Assembly: GCA_046484135.1 (NCBI GenBank) | Contig: JAWOBU010000196.1 | Span: forward strand, 1 to 16,383 | Length of the DNA: 16,383 nucleotides | Direction: 5' to 3' | DNA from: a bacterium | GTDB lineage: Bacteria; RBG-13-61-14; DATKZS01 | Part shown: piece by piece, positions 1-7,462 of the stretch | Position numbering within the stretch: position 1 is the first letter of the stretch | Layout: every line of letters begins with the position of its first letter | Made by a program: the position numbers and the translations under genes | Notes under the pieces: generated by a model | Seen by the model: the letters and a program-made list of their open reading frames with translations, nothing else | What the model was told of the DNA's origin: nothing | Databases searched by the model: none

Positions 1-714
1 TTCGCAAACCGCCGCCAAAGTGGTCCCCCACGGCATGGAAAATCTCGAAAGCAACGAAAGCTCGAGCCGAACAAACGCGATCAATGAACGGTTGGCAAAG
101 CCCGGCCAGTCGTAACTGATGGTGTCCGCCGGGCCTCCTGCAAACTTCTGAAGCAGGCGAACCGCCAGAAAAGCCGGAAACAAAAACCCCAGAAAGTTCG
201 TAACTTTTAATATAATTAAACCGCTCCCCGAAAGCAAGGACATAAGCGAGCCGCGGCTGTAGCGGCGGAAATGACCCATGGCCTCGTCATGCGAGCTCCA
301 TAAGAACGGATAGGCCGGCACCGTCACCAGAAGACGGCCGCCCGGCCGGAGACACCTCGTAAGCTCGGCCACTGCGGCCCCGTCATCCGCAAGGTGCTCG
401 AAAAGGTCAAGCGCCATGGCCCCGTCCAAGGAGCCGTCCCGAAATGGCAGACGGCCCGCCTCGGACAGCACCAGCAAACGATGACCGCGCTCAGCGCAGA
501 AAGAAACGGCCCGCGGGCTCCAGTCCGTCCCCCTCCACCTGCCGCGGCCCTCGACCCGGTCCAGGTTGGCCCCTGTGCCGCAGCCCAGGTCCAGAAACTC
601 GCCCTCCTTGGGAAACCACTCTTCCGACAGGCGTTCGACCAGCAGGCCCTTGCCCACGAACCACCAGAACCGCGTCTCCGCCCGGTACATCTTGGCGTAC
701 TCGTGATCTTTCAA
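1..714 (-). CDS. Class I SAM-dependent methyltransferase (Methyltransf_11-like), 3' end runs off the window
   Basis: Not in the ORF track; translated by hand. TTG start at 714 overlaps the upstream TGA (TTGA). Reads MKDHEYAKMYRAETRFWWFVGKG...FLDLGCGTG (motif I)...LPFRDGSLD...LDLFEHL...LRPGGRLLVTVPAYPFLWSSHDEAMGHFRRY and stays open to position 1. Confidence 0.9.
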   Translation of the reverse strand, partial: MKDHEYAKMYRAETRFWWFVGKGLLVERLSEEWFPKEGEFLDLGCGTGANLDRVEGRGRWRGTDWSPRAVSFCAERGHRLLVLSEAGRLPFRDGSLDGAMALDLFEHLADDGAAVAELTRCLRPGGRLLVTVPAYPFLWSSHDEAMGHFRRYSRGSLMSLLSGSGLIILKVTNFLGFLFPAFLAVRLLQKFAGGPADTISYDWPGFANRSLIAFVRLELSLLSRFSMPWGTTLAAVCE

Positions 715-2081
715 AAGACCCGCCTCACCTTGCTCAAAAAGCGCCGCGCCTCGGATACGGAACCCAGAGACCGCGCCTGTTTTGCAAGCCTCTTCGGCCT
801 GCCGTAAAAGCCGCCATACGCTATCACCTTGGCCCGCGACAAAAACGACTGGGAAAGGCCGTTCTCCTCCCGGAAGGCGTAGCGCTTGTAATAGTCCATG
901 TCCTCCGAGCGGCACACGATCCGCTCCCTGTGGTTTTCGTAAAGCAGGGTCCCCGGCAGGGGAGTGGTGATGTTGAAGGTGGCGTCGTCAACGGGAAGAC
1001 GACAGGCGTAGCGGACCGTGTCCCACACGTCCCCCCGCGACTCGCCCGGCGCGCCCAGCATGAAGTAGCCCTGCGTCCTGATCCCGAGCTCCCGCGCGGC
1101 CCGGGCGGCATCCTCCACCTGTTCCCGCGTAAGCCGCTTATTGAAGACCTCCCGGCGGCGCTCGTCGTCGTAGACCTCGATGCCCATGTAGATTTTGCCG
1201 AGCCCCGCTCTGTGCATGGCCGAGAGAAGCTCCCGGTCCACCAGGTCCGCACGAACATTGCAGCCCCAGGTCAAGCCAATCTCTCGTCGCTCGAGCTCCT
1301 CGCAAAAGGAAAGCACCCAGGCCCGGTCCGCGATAAAGGTGTCGTCCGCAAAAAGGAAGGCGTTGATCCCGAACTGCTCGATACGCCATTCCAGCTCGTC
1401 CGCCACGTTGGCGGGCGATCTTTTCCTCACTCCTTTGCCGAAAAGGTGGTCGAGGGTCGGCTGGCAGTAGGAACATTTGAAAGGACAGCCCCGGGTGGCC
1501 ATGACCGGCACCCCCTGAAGCCCTGGTCTTACCGAGTCGAGCTGGAACCAGTGCTTCAAATACTCTTCCATGGGCAGAAGTTCGAGAGCCGGGAAAGGCA
1601 GATCGTCCAGGTCCGCCTCTCGCGACGCAGGCTCTCCGGTGATCCCGCCGGAGCCGTCCCGCACGTATATGCCCGGCACGTTCTCCAAGCTGCCTTTCTC
1701 CGCCGCCTCCGCCAGAGCCTGCTCACCTTCGCCCAGACAAACCGCGTCGAACGCGGGCTCTTCCAGCACCTCGACCGGAAGCGTGGTCGGATGCGGTCCC
1801 CCCGCTACTACCAGCGCCTCCGGGTGGAGCTCTTTCGCGAGCCGCGCCGCAAGGCGGGCCTCCCGCGCCATGGTCACCATGGCCGAGATCCCCACCAGGT
1901 CGTATTTTTCTTTGCCGAGTTCGCTTCGAATGTGCAAAAGCGGATCATGCGAGAAGGTGGTGTCTATAAGGGCGGGGGCCTTTCCCGTCTTTTCCTTTAA
2001 AGCGGCGGCAAGGTAGGCCACTCCCAGGGGCGGGTCGCCGCTCGGGTACCTGGTCCTGGGAAAGACCAGGGCCACCTTCAT
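711..2081 (-). CDS. B12-binding domain radical SAM protein (class B methylase-like)
   Basis: N-terminal cobalamin-binding domain (PPLGVAYLAA; VVAGGPHPT; GEGE), TRGCPFKCSYC CxxxCxxC motif, FADDTF, YFMLGAPGE. ATGA overlap with the upstream GT2 gene. Confidence 0.93.
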   Translation of the reverse strand: MKVALVFPRTRYPSGDPPLGVAYLAAALKEKTGKAPALIDTTFSHDPLLHIRSELGKEKYDLVGISAMVTMAREARLAARLAKELHPEALVVAGGPHPTTLPVEVLEEPAFDAVCLGEGEQALAEAAEKGSLENVPGIYVRDGSGGITGEPASREADLDDLPFPALELLPMEEYLKHWFQLDSVRPGLQGVPVMATRGCPFKCSYCQPTLDHLFGKGVRKRSPANVADELEWRIEQFGINAFLFADDTFIADRAWVLSFCEELERREIGLTWGCNVRADLVDRELLSAMHRAGLGKIYMGIEVYDDERRREVFNKRLTREQVEDAARAARELGIRTQGYFMLGAPGESRGDVWDTVRYACRLPVDDATFNITTPLPGTLLYENHRERIVCRSEDMDYYKRYAFREENGLSQSFLSRAKVIAYGGFYGRPKRLAKQARSLGSVSEARRFLSKVRRVF

Positions 2082-2824
2082 CCGGGTCCCTCCCTCGGGC
2101 CGCCTTTCCGGTCATGACCGAAGCGGAGCTTAAAAAGCTCCTTCATGACGCCCGGCCAGTCGCGGGAGAGCCGCACGCGGCTGTCCGGATGGTTGTACCA
2201 CCTTACCGGGACCTCCTTTATCGTGAAGCCGTACTGCCGGGCCCGGAGCAGGACCTCCACGTCAAAGCAGAAGCCGGAGCTCGAAAGCTCGTTAAAAAGC
2301 GTAAGCGCCGCCTCCCGCTGGAACCCCTTGAACCCGCACTGGCTGTCTATGACCGGAAGCCGGAATATTAGCCGGACCAGGAACCCGAACATGATCCCCA
2401 GGCTCTGGCGCAACCAGGGCTGATGGACCTCGACCTGCGAGCCGGATATCTGGCGCGACCCGGCCACCACCTGGGCGCCGTTCGAAAGCTCCTTTTCGAT
2501 ACGCTCCCACTCCGTAACGGGCGTGGAAAGGTCAGCATCAGTCATGAGTATCCAATCGCCCTGTGCCGTTTTTACGCCCTCGGCCACCGCCGCCCCTTTG
2601 CCCTGGTGGGGGATCGTCTTTACCCGGATGTTTGCCGCGGTCGCGCTGTCCCGCTCTTTCGCGTACTCTTCCACCGTGCGGACGGTCCCGTCCTCCGAGC
2701 CGTCGTCAACCACAACGATCTCCCAGGAGAGATCGGTCCCGGAGAAGTAATGGACCAGGGTGGACAAGGTCGCCCTCATCCTGCCCGATTCATTGTAAGC
2801 GGGGATTACGATTGAAAGGTCCAT
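2078..2824 (-). CDS. Glycosyltransferase family 2, dolichyl/polyprenyl-phosphate beta-glucosyltransferase (DPM1/ALG5-like), 248 aa
   Basis: MDLSIVIPAYNE, VVDDGSEDGT, GKGAAV, MTDADLS (DxD), GSR, DSQCGFK, FCFDVE, EVPVRW. Start reset to ATG 2824 because the longer ORF overlaps the divergent gene. Confidence 0.93.
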   Translation of the reverse strand: MDLSIVIPAYNESGRMRATLSTLVHYFSGTDLSWEIVVVDDGSEDGTVRTVEEYAKERDSATAANIRVKTIPHQGKGAAVAEGVKTAQGDWILMTDADLSTPVTEWERIEKELSNGAQVVAGSRQISGSQVEVHQPWLRQSLGIMFGFLVRLIFRLPVIDSQCGFKGFQREAALTLFNELSSSGFCFDVEVLLRARQYGFTIKEVPVRWYNHPDSRVRLSRDWPGVMKELFKLRFGHDRKGGPREGPG

Positions 2825-2833
2825 GCATGATGT

Positions 2834-2862
2834 ATTATAATTTGACTTCTGCTTTGCGGCAA
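2834..2862 (-). promoter_or_regulatory. Sigma70-type promoter for the GT2 / B12-rSAM / methyltransferase operon
   Basis: Minus strand TTGCCG (2862-2857), 17 nt spacer, TATAAT (2839-2834), 9 nt before ATG 2824. No SD. Confidence 0.7.
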
Positions 2863-2867
2863 ACAGC

Positions 2868-2896
2868 TTTACAGTGCGGCGGCCCGCCCGTATAAT
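2868..2896 (+). promoter_or_regulatory. Sigma70-type promoter for the GT-C-like gene (leaderless)
   Basis: TTTACA (2868-2873), 17 nt spacer, TATAAT (2891-2896), 6 nt before ATG 2903. Confidence 0.8.
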
Positions 2897-2902
2897 CAAG
2901 CC

Positions 2903-4570
2903 ATGATCGGTGTTAAACCCGGCTTTTCGAGAACGCTTTTCGTCTTCCTCGCGCCCGCCTCGGCGGCTTTTATCCAGGTACTTTACTTTCATATCTTGAA
3001 CGTGGGGGAGCTGGGGCTCGGCTTCCCCATTGATGACGCCTATATCTTCCGGCAGTACGTCGAGAACCTGGCCGCCGGCCACGGGTTCGTTTTCAACCCG
3101 GGCGAGACCAGCTTCGGCGGCACCAGCCTGGCCTGGCCCGTACTGGCCTCCGCCCTGCTCCGGCTCTTCGGGAGGCCCCCTTACGTGCCCGCCGTGTTCT
3201 GGCTGGGCGGGGCCCTTTTTATGCTCGCGACGGTGTTGACGGTTTCCGTTGTTAAAAGGATGGCCGGCACTGAGCTTCCCGCGCTGGTGGCAGGGCTCAT
3301 GGCGGCCTGCTCGCCCCTTTTGTTCATGAACGCCATATCCGGCATGGAGACGCCGCTTACCATGGTGCTCTTGGCGGCTTTTGCGGCCGTTTCTTTGAAA
3401 GACCTTCCCCGGCCGGCACTGGCGGGGACTGTGGCAGGTCTTTATACCTTAAACCGGCCGGAGGGGATGTACTTTCCGCTCGGTTTCACACTCGCTTGGC
3501 TCATGGTGTTCGTTCTTAAAAAGGAACGGCTCAGAACGAAAGATGTTTTCGCTTTCCTGGTTGCCTGGACGGTGATGACGGTGCCCGCGGCGATCTGGAT
3601 TTACGCGGAGACCGGCTCGCCCCTGCCCACGACCTACATGGGCAAGATCATGAGCATAAGCCCGGGAGAGCTGGAACGGGGGCTTGTGGACAGGACGGGA
3701 ACCGCGCTTTTTTACTTGGCCGCGGGATGGATAAAGCTGTCCCTGCGGCTCCGGGCCCTGGCCGCCCTGCTCACCTTGGGTGTTATCTGGGAGATTGGAA
3801 GGGCGCTCTACGGCCTTCGACATGATGAGGCCATGATGCCGTGGCCCCTGACCGGGCGGCTGGTGCTGGCCGGCTATCTTTTTCTTCCGGCCGGCTATGG
3901 TTTCTCCTTCCCGGTGGGACCGGAGTTCGGCGGCTATTACTTAAGGTACATAGCGCCGGTGTTGCTTCCCGCCGTTTTCCTGGGGGTCTCCGGCCTGGTT
4001 TCAATTGCACGGCTTTTGAGAGAAAAGATCAAACCGCTCCGGGCCTGGTACCGTCCCGCTGTCGGGATTGCGGCCCTGCTCGCGCTTTCGTACCTGGGCT
4101 GGCTGTGGAGCTTCCAGATCGCCTACGCCCGCGCCGACTTCAAAAAAGAGGTCCGCCTTAACACCGGTCTCCGGATGAAGGCCGCCCGCTGGATCAAGGG
4201 AAACACCGACCCGGAGGCCCGGATCATGGCCGGCTACACCGGGCTCGGCGTCATCGGCGCCTGCTCCGACCGGTACGTGCTCGACCAGGGAGCGCTCATA
4301 AACCCCGACATCTTCGAGTACTATAAAAAGGCCGGGCCACATCCGCGTAAGAAATGGAAAATGGTCGTCAAGTACATGCACGACAAAAACATGGACTATT
4401 ACGTAACCTTTGCCTTCCCGCCCGAGCTCGCCCGGATATACCCAGACCCCGCGGACACCCCCGGCTTCCGCGAAGTTAAAAGGTTGGGCGAACCCGGCAA
4501 GCCGCAACAAAGGCTCTCCCAGGTGCGCATCTATAAAGTGGACCGGCAAAAGCGCGAACGTAACAACTGA
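2903..4570 (+). CDS. Multi-pass membrane protein, probable GT-C fold (ArnT/PMT/arabinofuranosyltransferase-like) glycosyltransferase
   Basis: DDAYIF acidic motif after TM1, NLAAGHGFVFNPGE, SGMETPL, RPEG, many hydrophobic segments, and a C-terminal soluble domain with 'GVIG...VLDQGALINP'. Confidence 0.8.
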   Translation: MIGVKPGFSRTLFVFLAPASAAFIQVLYFHILNVGELGLGFPIDDAYIFRQYVENLAAGHGFVFNPGETSFGGTSLAWPVLASALLRLFGRPPYVPAVFWLGGALFMLATVLTVSVVKRMAGTELPALVAGLMAACSPLLFMNAISGMETPLTMVLLAAFAAVSLKDLPRPALAGTVAGLYTLNRPEGMYFPLGFTLAWLMVFVLKKERLRTKDVFAFLVAWTVMTVPAAIWIYAETGSPLPTTYMGKIMSISPGELERGLVDRTGTALFYLAAGWIKLSLRLRALAALLTLGVIWEIGRALYGLRHDEAMMPWPLTGRLVLAGYLFLPAGYGFSFPVGPEFGGYYLRYIAPVLLPAVFLGVSGLVSIARLLREKIKPLRAWYRPAVGIAALLALSYLGWLWSFQIAYARADFKKEVRLNTGLRMKAARWIKGNTDPEARIMAGYTGLGVIGACSDRYVLDQGALINPDIFEYYKKAGPHPRKKWKMVVKYMHDKNMDYYVTFAFPPELARIYPDPADTPGFREVKRLGEPGKPQQRLSQVRIYKVDRQKRERNN

Positions 4571-4657
4571 AGCCGGGAGGGCCCTGCGACTTGCTCATGG
4601 CGGGCCCGGACCTGTAACCTTGCTTTCGGACCTCTCTTTTACAGATGAAACAACAAG

Positions 4658-6268
4658 CTATTTTTCTTTGAACTCGTGTTCGGAAAACACGATGGCCCGG
4701 AAGGTCTCGATCCGGGCTTGCGGGTCTTTATAGCAGTCCCGGTTCCGGATGCCTGCCTTGCGGCACAGGTTGGACAGGTATGCCTGTCGGTCCCATCCCT
4801 GCTCCACCGGCACCTGCGGAAGGAACACTCCCCGTCTTCTGCCTTTGCTCAGGATGACCCCGTCTTTTCCCACCTCGACCTCTTTCGGGTCCGAGACCGG
4901 CCGGGGTGGAGTGAGAACGGATACCTCGACCTCGAGAGCGGAAAGCTCTTCCGGCTTGAGCCGGTTGAAAGCGAACCTGGCGTCGTGAAGCGAGGCATCC
5001 ACCGCCCGCTTCCGAACGCACTTGTAAAGCGGCCGAGTGGCGATGATCGAGCCGATGCAGCCCCGCAGCCGTCCGTCAGTCTTCAGCGTTACAAACGCCG
5101 CGCCTTTCCGCTTCAAGTTCTCCGACTCTACCTCGAAGCTCGGTATGTCCTCGCCTTTTACCGCGGCCTCCACCGTCTTCCGGGCGATCTCCATCAGCTT
5201 TCCCTTGTCTTGTTTCGTTAAAGTATACCCGCCTACAGACTCGACCCGCGCGCCTTGCGAGTCGCCCGCCGGGCCGAGGAACGCAACCGCGCCGTATCCC
5301 ACCACCCGGGAGTGGTCCCCGGTGGCGTCGCCGCTGTCCCCGTAAGCAAGGACCTTCACCTTATCGCCGCCCTCGAGCTCGAACAGCTTCATCAGCGTCA
5401 GCACCGGCAGTCCGCCGCACAAGGGAGCGGACTTGTCGCGAAGGCCTTTCTCGAGCTCCTCCCTGTCCATGTTCTTTATAAGCTCGAGGGTATGCCGGTC
5501 CACGGGTTCGATCTCTTTCGAGCCCTGGTAGGGAGGGATGTTGCCGTGGGACATGTCGGTGCTGGCAAGATATGTCACATCCTCGTCCTGGAAGGTTTCA
5601 TGTAAAAGCCGGGCCAGCTCGTCTACCTTGTCGTGATCGGTCTGCCCGATAACCATGACCAGCACGGACAGATCGGGGCCCGCCACCTTCTGCAGAAACG
5701 GCAACTGGACCTCGACCGAATGCTCCCGGCCGTAAAGCCTTCTCCCCGAGCGTATCCAGGGGCGCGCCGAAACCAGCTCGGACGCCTCCTCCCGCATCAG
5801 GTCAACCTCGCCGAGAGGGGTCTTATAAGCATCCTTGTCCATAACATACACACCGTCAAAGCGTACCCGGTGCGCGGGACCCATGATCACGAACTTTTTG
5901 GCCCCGGTCCGCTTTATGGACTTGTAAACGTGGGCGGCCACCGGCCCGGAGTAGGGATACCCGGCGTGAGGAACCATGTATCCGAGCGGCGCTCCCGAAA
6001 GCTCCGGCACCTCTGCTTTCTCAAGGAAGGTCTCGATCATGTTGGCAAGGGCCGACCGGGAAGCAGGATAAAAACGGCCGGCAACCACCGGCTCCTGGAC
6101 CTCGCGCTTGCCCGCTTTTTCAGGAACTCTGGACTTCTCGCTTTTTTGTACGGCTTGCGCACTTTTCCTGGTCTTTGGCTCATCTTCCTTGTCCTCGCAG
6201 CCGGAGATAGCCACGCCCAAGCCCACAACCGCGCAAACGAGCGCTAACCTTAGCAGCCTTTTAATCAT
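4658..6268 (-). CDS. amrB: AmmeMemoRadiSam system protein B (Memo) / protein A (AMMECR1) fusion with lipoprotein signal peptide, 536 aa
   Basis: Memo motifs PVVAGRFYP, PHAGYPYSG, GPAH, EHSVEVQLPF, STDMSH, CG, VVGYGA. AMMECR1 motifs AFVTL, LRGCIG, EVSVLTP, GVFLPQV, LCRKAG. Start MIKRLLRLALVCAVVGLGVAISGC at ATG 6268, with AAGGG upstream and overlapping the upstream small ORF. Confidence 0.93.
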   Translation of the reverse strand: MIKRLLRLALVCAVVGLGVAISGCEDKEDEPKTRKSAQAVQKSEKSRVPEKAGKREVQEPVVAGRFYPASRSALANMIETFLEKAEVPELSGAPLGYMVPHAGYPYSGPVAAHVYKSIKRTGAKKFVIMGPAHRVRFDGVYVMDKDAYKTPLGEVDLMREEASELVSARPWIRSGRRLYGREHSVEVQLPFLQKVAGPDLSVLVMVIGQTDHDKVDELARLLHETFQDEDVTYLASTDMSHGNIPPYQGSKEIEPVDRHTLELIKNMDREELEKGLRDKSAPLCGGLPVLTLMKLFELEGGDKVKVLAYGDSGDATGDHSRVVGYGAVAFLGPAGDSQGARVESVGGYTLTKQDKGKLMEIARKTVEAAVKGEDIPSFEVESENLKRKGAAFVTLKTDGRLRGCIGSIIATRPLYKCVRKRAVDASLHDARFAFNRLKPEELSALEVEVSVLTPPRPVSDPKEVEVGKDGVILSKGRRRGVFLPQVPVEQGWDRQAYLSNLCRKAGIRNRDCYKDPQARIETFRAIVFSEHEFKEK

Positions 6269-6440
6269 CGCCCTTGTCCCGGCTATCGTAGTAGTCGGCT
6301 TCATGACAAGAAACCGGCTCGACCACCAGCTTCCTGCCGGGCGCCGCTGCGACCAGCCCGAGTCCGGCCGCGGCGGAGCAGGCGAACCCCCGGCGCGAGA
6401 TACTGCTTCTTTTTTCTTTATTTTGTTTGTCTTCCATCAT
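6261..6440 (-). CDS. Small (58-59 aa) twin-arginine-motif peptide with C-terminal SCHEADYY motif
   Basis: MMEDKQNKEKRSSISRRGFACSAAAGLGLVAAAPGRKLVVEPVSCHEADYYDSRDKGDD. SRRGF followed by a hydrophobic stretch. Fills the amrS-amrB gap and overlaps the amrB start (GATGATTAA). Start is 6440 or 6437. Confidence 0.75.
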   Translation of the reverse strand: MMEDKQNKEKRSSISRRGFACSAAAGLGLVAAAPGRKLVVEPVSCHEADYYDSRDKGDD

Positions 6441-6478
6441 CTCACCATCCCGGTTTTTCTTCTCGGTACATTCTAACT

Positions 6479-7462
6479 TTATCGCCACACTCCGGGAATC
6501 TTTTTCCCGCAGTAGGCGCAGGAGCCCTTCTCGATCTTGTACTCCAGTATGGAGTAGCCCCGCCGGCGGATGACGGTCTTGCCGCACTCCGGACAGATGG
6601 TGTCTCCCCCCTGAGGAACGCGCATGTTGCCGACGTACACGTAGTTCACGCCTTCCTGGCGGGCGATGTCTCTGGCTTGTACCAGCTTGTCCGCCGGCGT
6701 AGGCGGCAGACCGGTGAGCTTATAGCGCGGGTAGAAACGAGAGAAGTGAATGGGCACGTCCGGCCCTAGCCGCGACACCACCCAGGCGCACAGCCTCTTT
6801 ATCATGTCGACGGAGTCGTTCATGGTCGGTATGACCAGGTTGGTGACCTCGACCCATACCCCTTCTTTGACCAGTATCTCGAGGTTCCGGAGCACCGGGT
6901 CCACGTGGGCGTCGCAGACCTCCTGGTAAAACTTGTCGGACATGGACTTCAGGTCCACGTTGGCCGCGTCCGCATGCCGCGCCAATTCTTTTACAGGCTC
7001 GCGGTTTATATAGGCTGCGGTCACCAGTATGTTCTTGAGACCGGCCTCGTGCGCGACCTTCTGGGAGTCGCGGGTGTACTCGAAAAAGGTCATGGGCTCG
7101 GAGTAGGTATAGGCTATGGACTTGCACTCATGCCGCCGGGCTTCTCGCACGAGCTTTTCCGGAGGCAGGTCTGCAACCTGCCGGGCGTCTTCCGGGTTGA
7201 GCTGGCTTATGCTGTAGTTCTGGCAGTTCTTGCAATGGAGGTTACAGCCGGCGGTGGCCACCGAGAAGCACCTGGTGCCGGGCAGGAAGTGAAAGACCGG
7301 CTTTTTCTCCACCGGGTCGCGGGGGTTTGCCGACACCGCCTTGCCGTAGACCAGGGTTACGAGTTTGCCTTTGTAATTGAGCCGGGAGCGGCAATCACCT
7401 CGCTGGCCGGGAGCGAGCATGCACTCCTTGGGACAGAGCCTGCACTGCACCCACCCGCTCAT
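6479..7462 (-). CDS. amrS: AmmeMemoRadiSam system radical SAM enzyme, 327 aa
   Basis: VQCRLCPKEC...GDCRSR, DPVEKKPVFHF, GCNLHCKNCQN (CxxxCxxC), IAYTYSEP, NVDLK, EVTNLVIP, HFSRFYP, YVYVGN, and a C-terminal CPECG...CAYCG ribbon. ATG 7462 has a perfect AGGAGGT SD (7478-7472) 9 nt upstream. Confidence 0.93.
   Translation of the reverse strand: MSGWVQCRLCPKECMLAPGQRGDCRSRLNYKGKLVTLVYGKAVSANPRDPVEKKPVFHFLPGTRCFSVATAGCNLHCKNCQNYSISQLNPEDARQVADLPPEKLVREARRHECKSIAYTYSEPMTFFEYTRDSQKVAHEAGLKNILVTAAYINREPVKELARHADAANVDLKSMSDKFYQEVCDAHVDPVLRNLEILVKEGVWVEVTNLVIPTMNDSVDMIKRLCAWVVSRLGPDVPIHFSRFYPRYKLTGLPPTPADKLVQARDIARQEGVNYVYVGNMRVPQGGDTICPECGKTVIRRRGYSILEYKIEKGSCAYCGKKIPGVWR

Noticed and set aside
444..2000. 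518-aa plus-strand ORF
   Set aside because: Antisense shadow of the B12-rSAM and methyltransferase genes. Pro/Arg-rich with no motifs, as expected from GC-rich codon bias.
2825..3082. 86-aa N-terminal extension of the GT2 ORF
   Set aside because: Overlaps the divergent gene and both promoters. The GT2 fold begins at MDLSIVIP (2824).
6441..6587. Longer 108-aa version of the twin-Arg ORF
   Set aside because: Overlaps the conserved AmrS C-terminus out of frame. Starts at 6440/6437 put the RR motif at a normal N-terminal position.
7459..7461. Selenocysteine or stop read-through of the TGA joining the TM protein to AmrS
   Set aside because: Read-through stays in the wrong frame and ends at a TAA about 100 nt later. 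Only a -1 shift would fuse the two.
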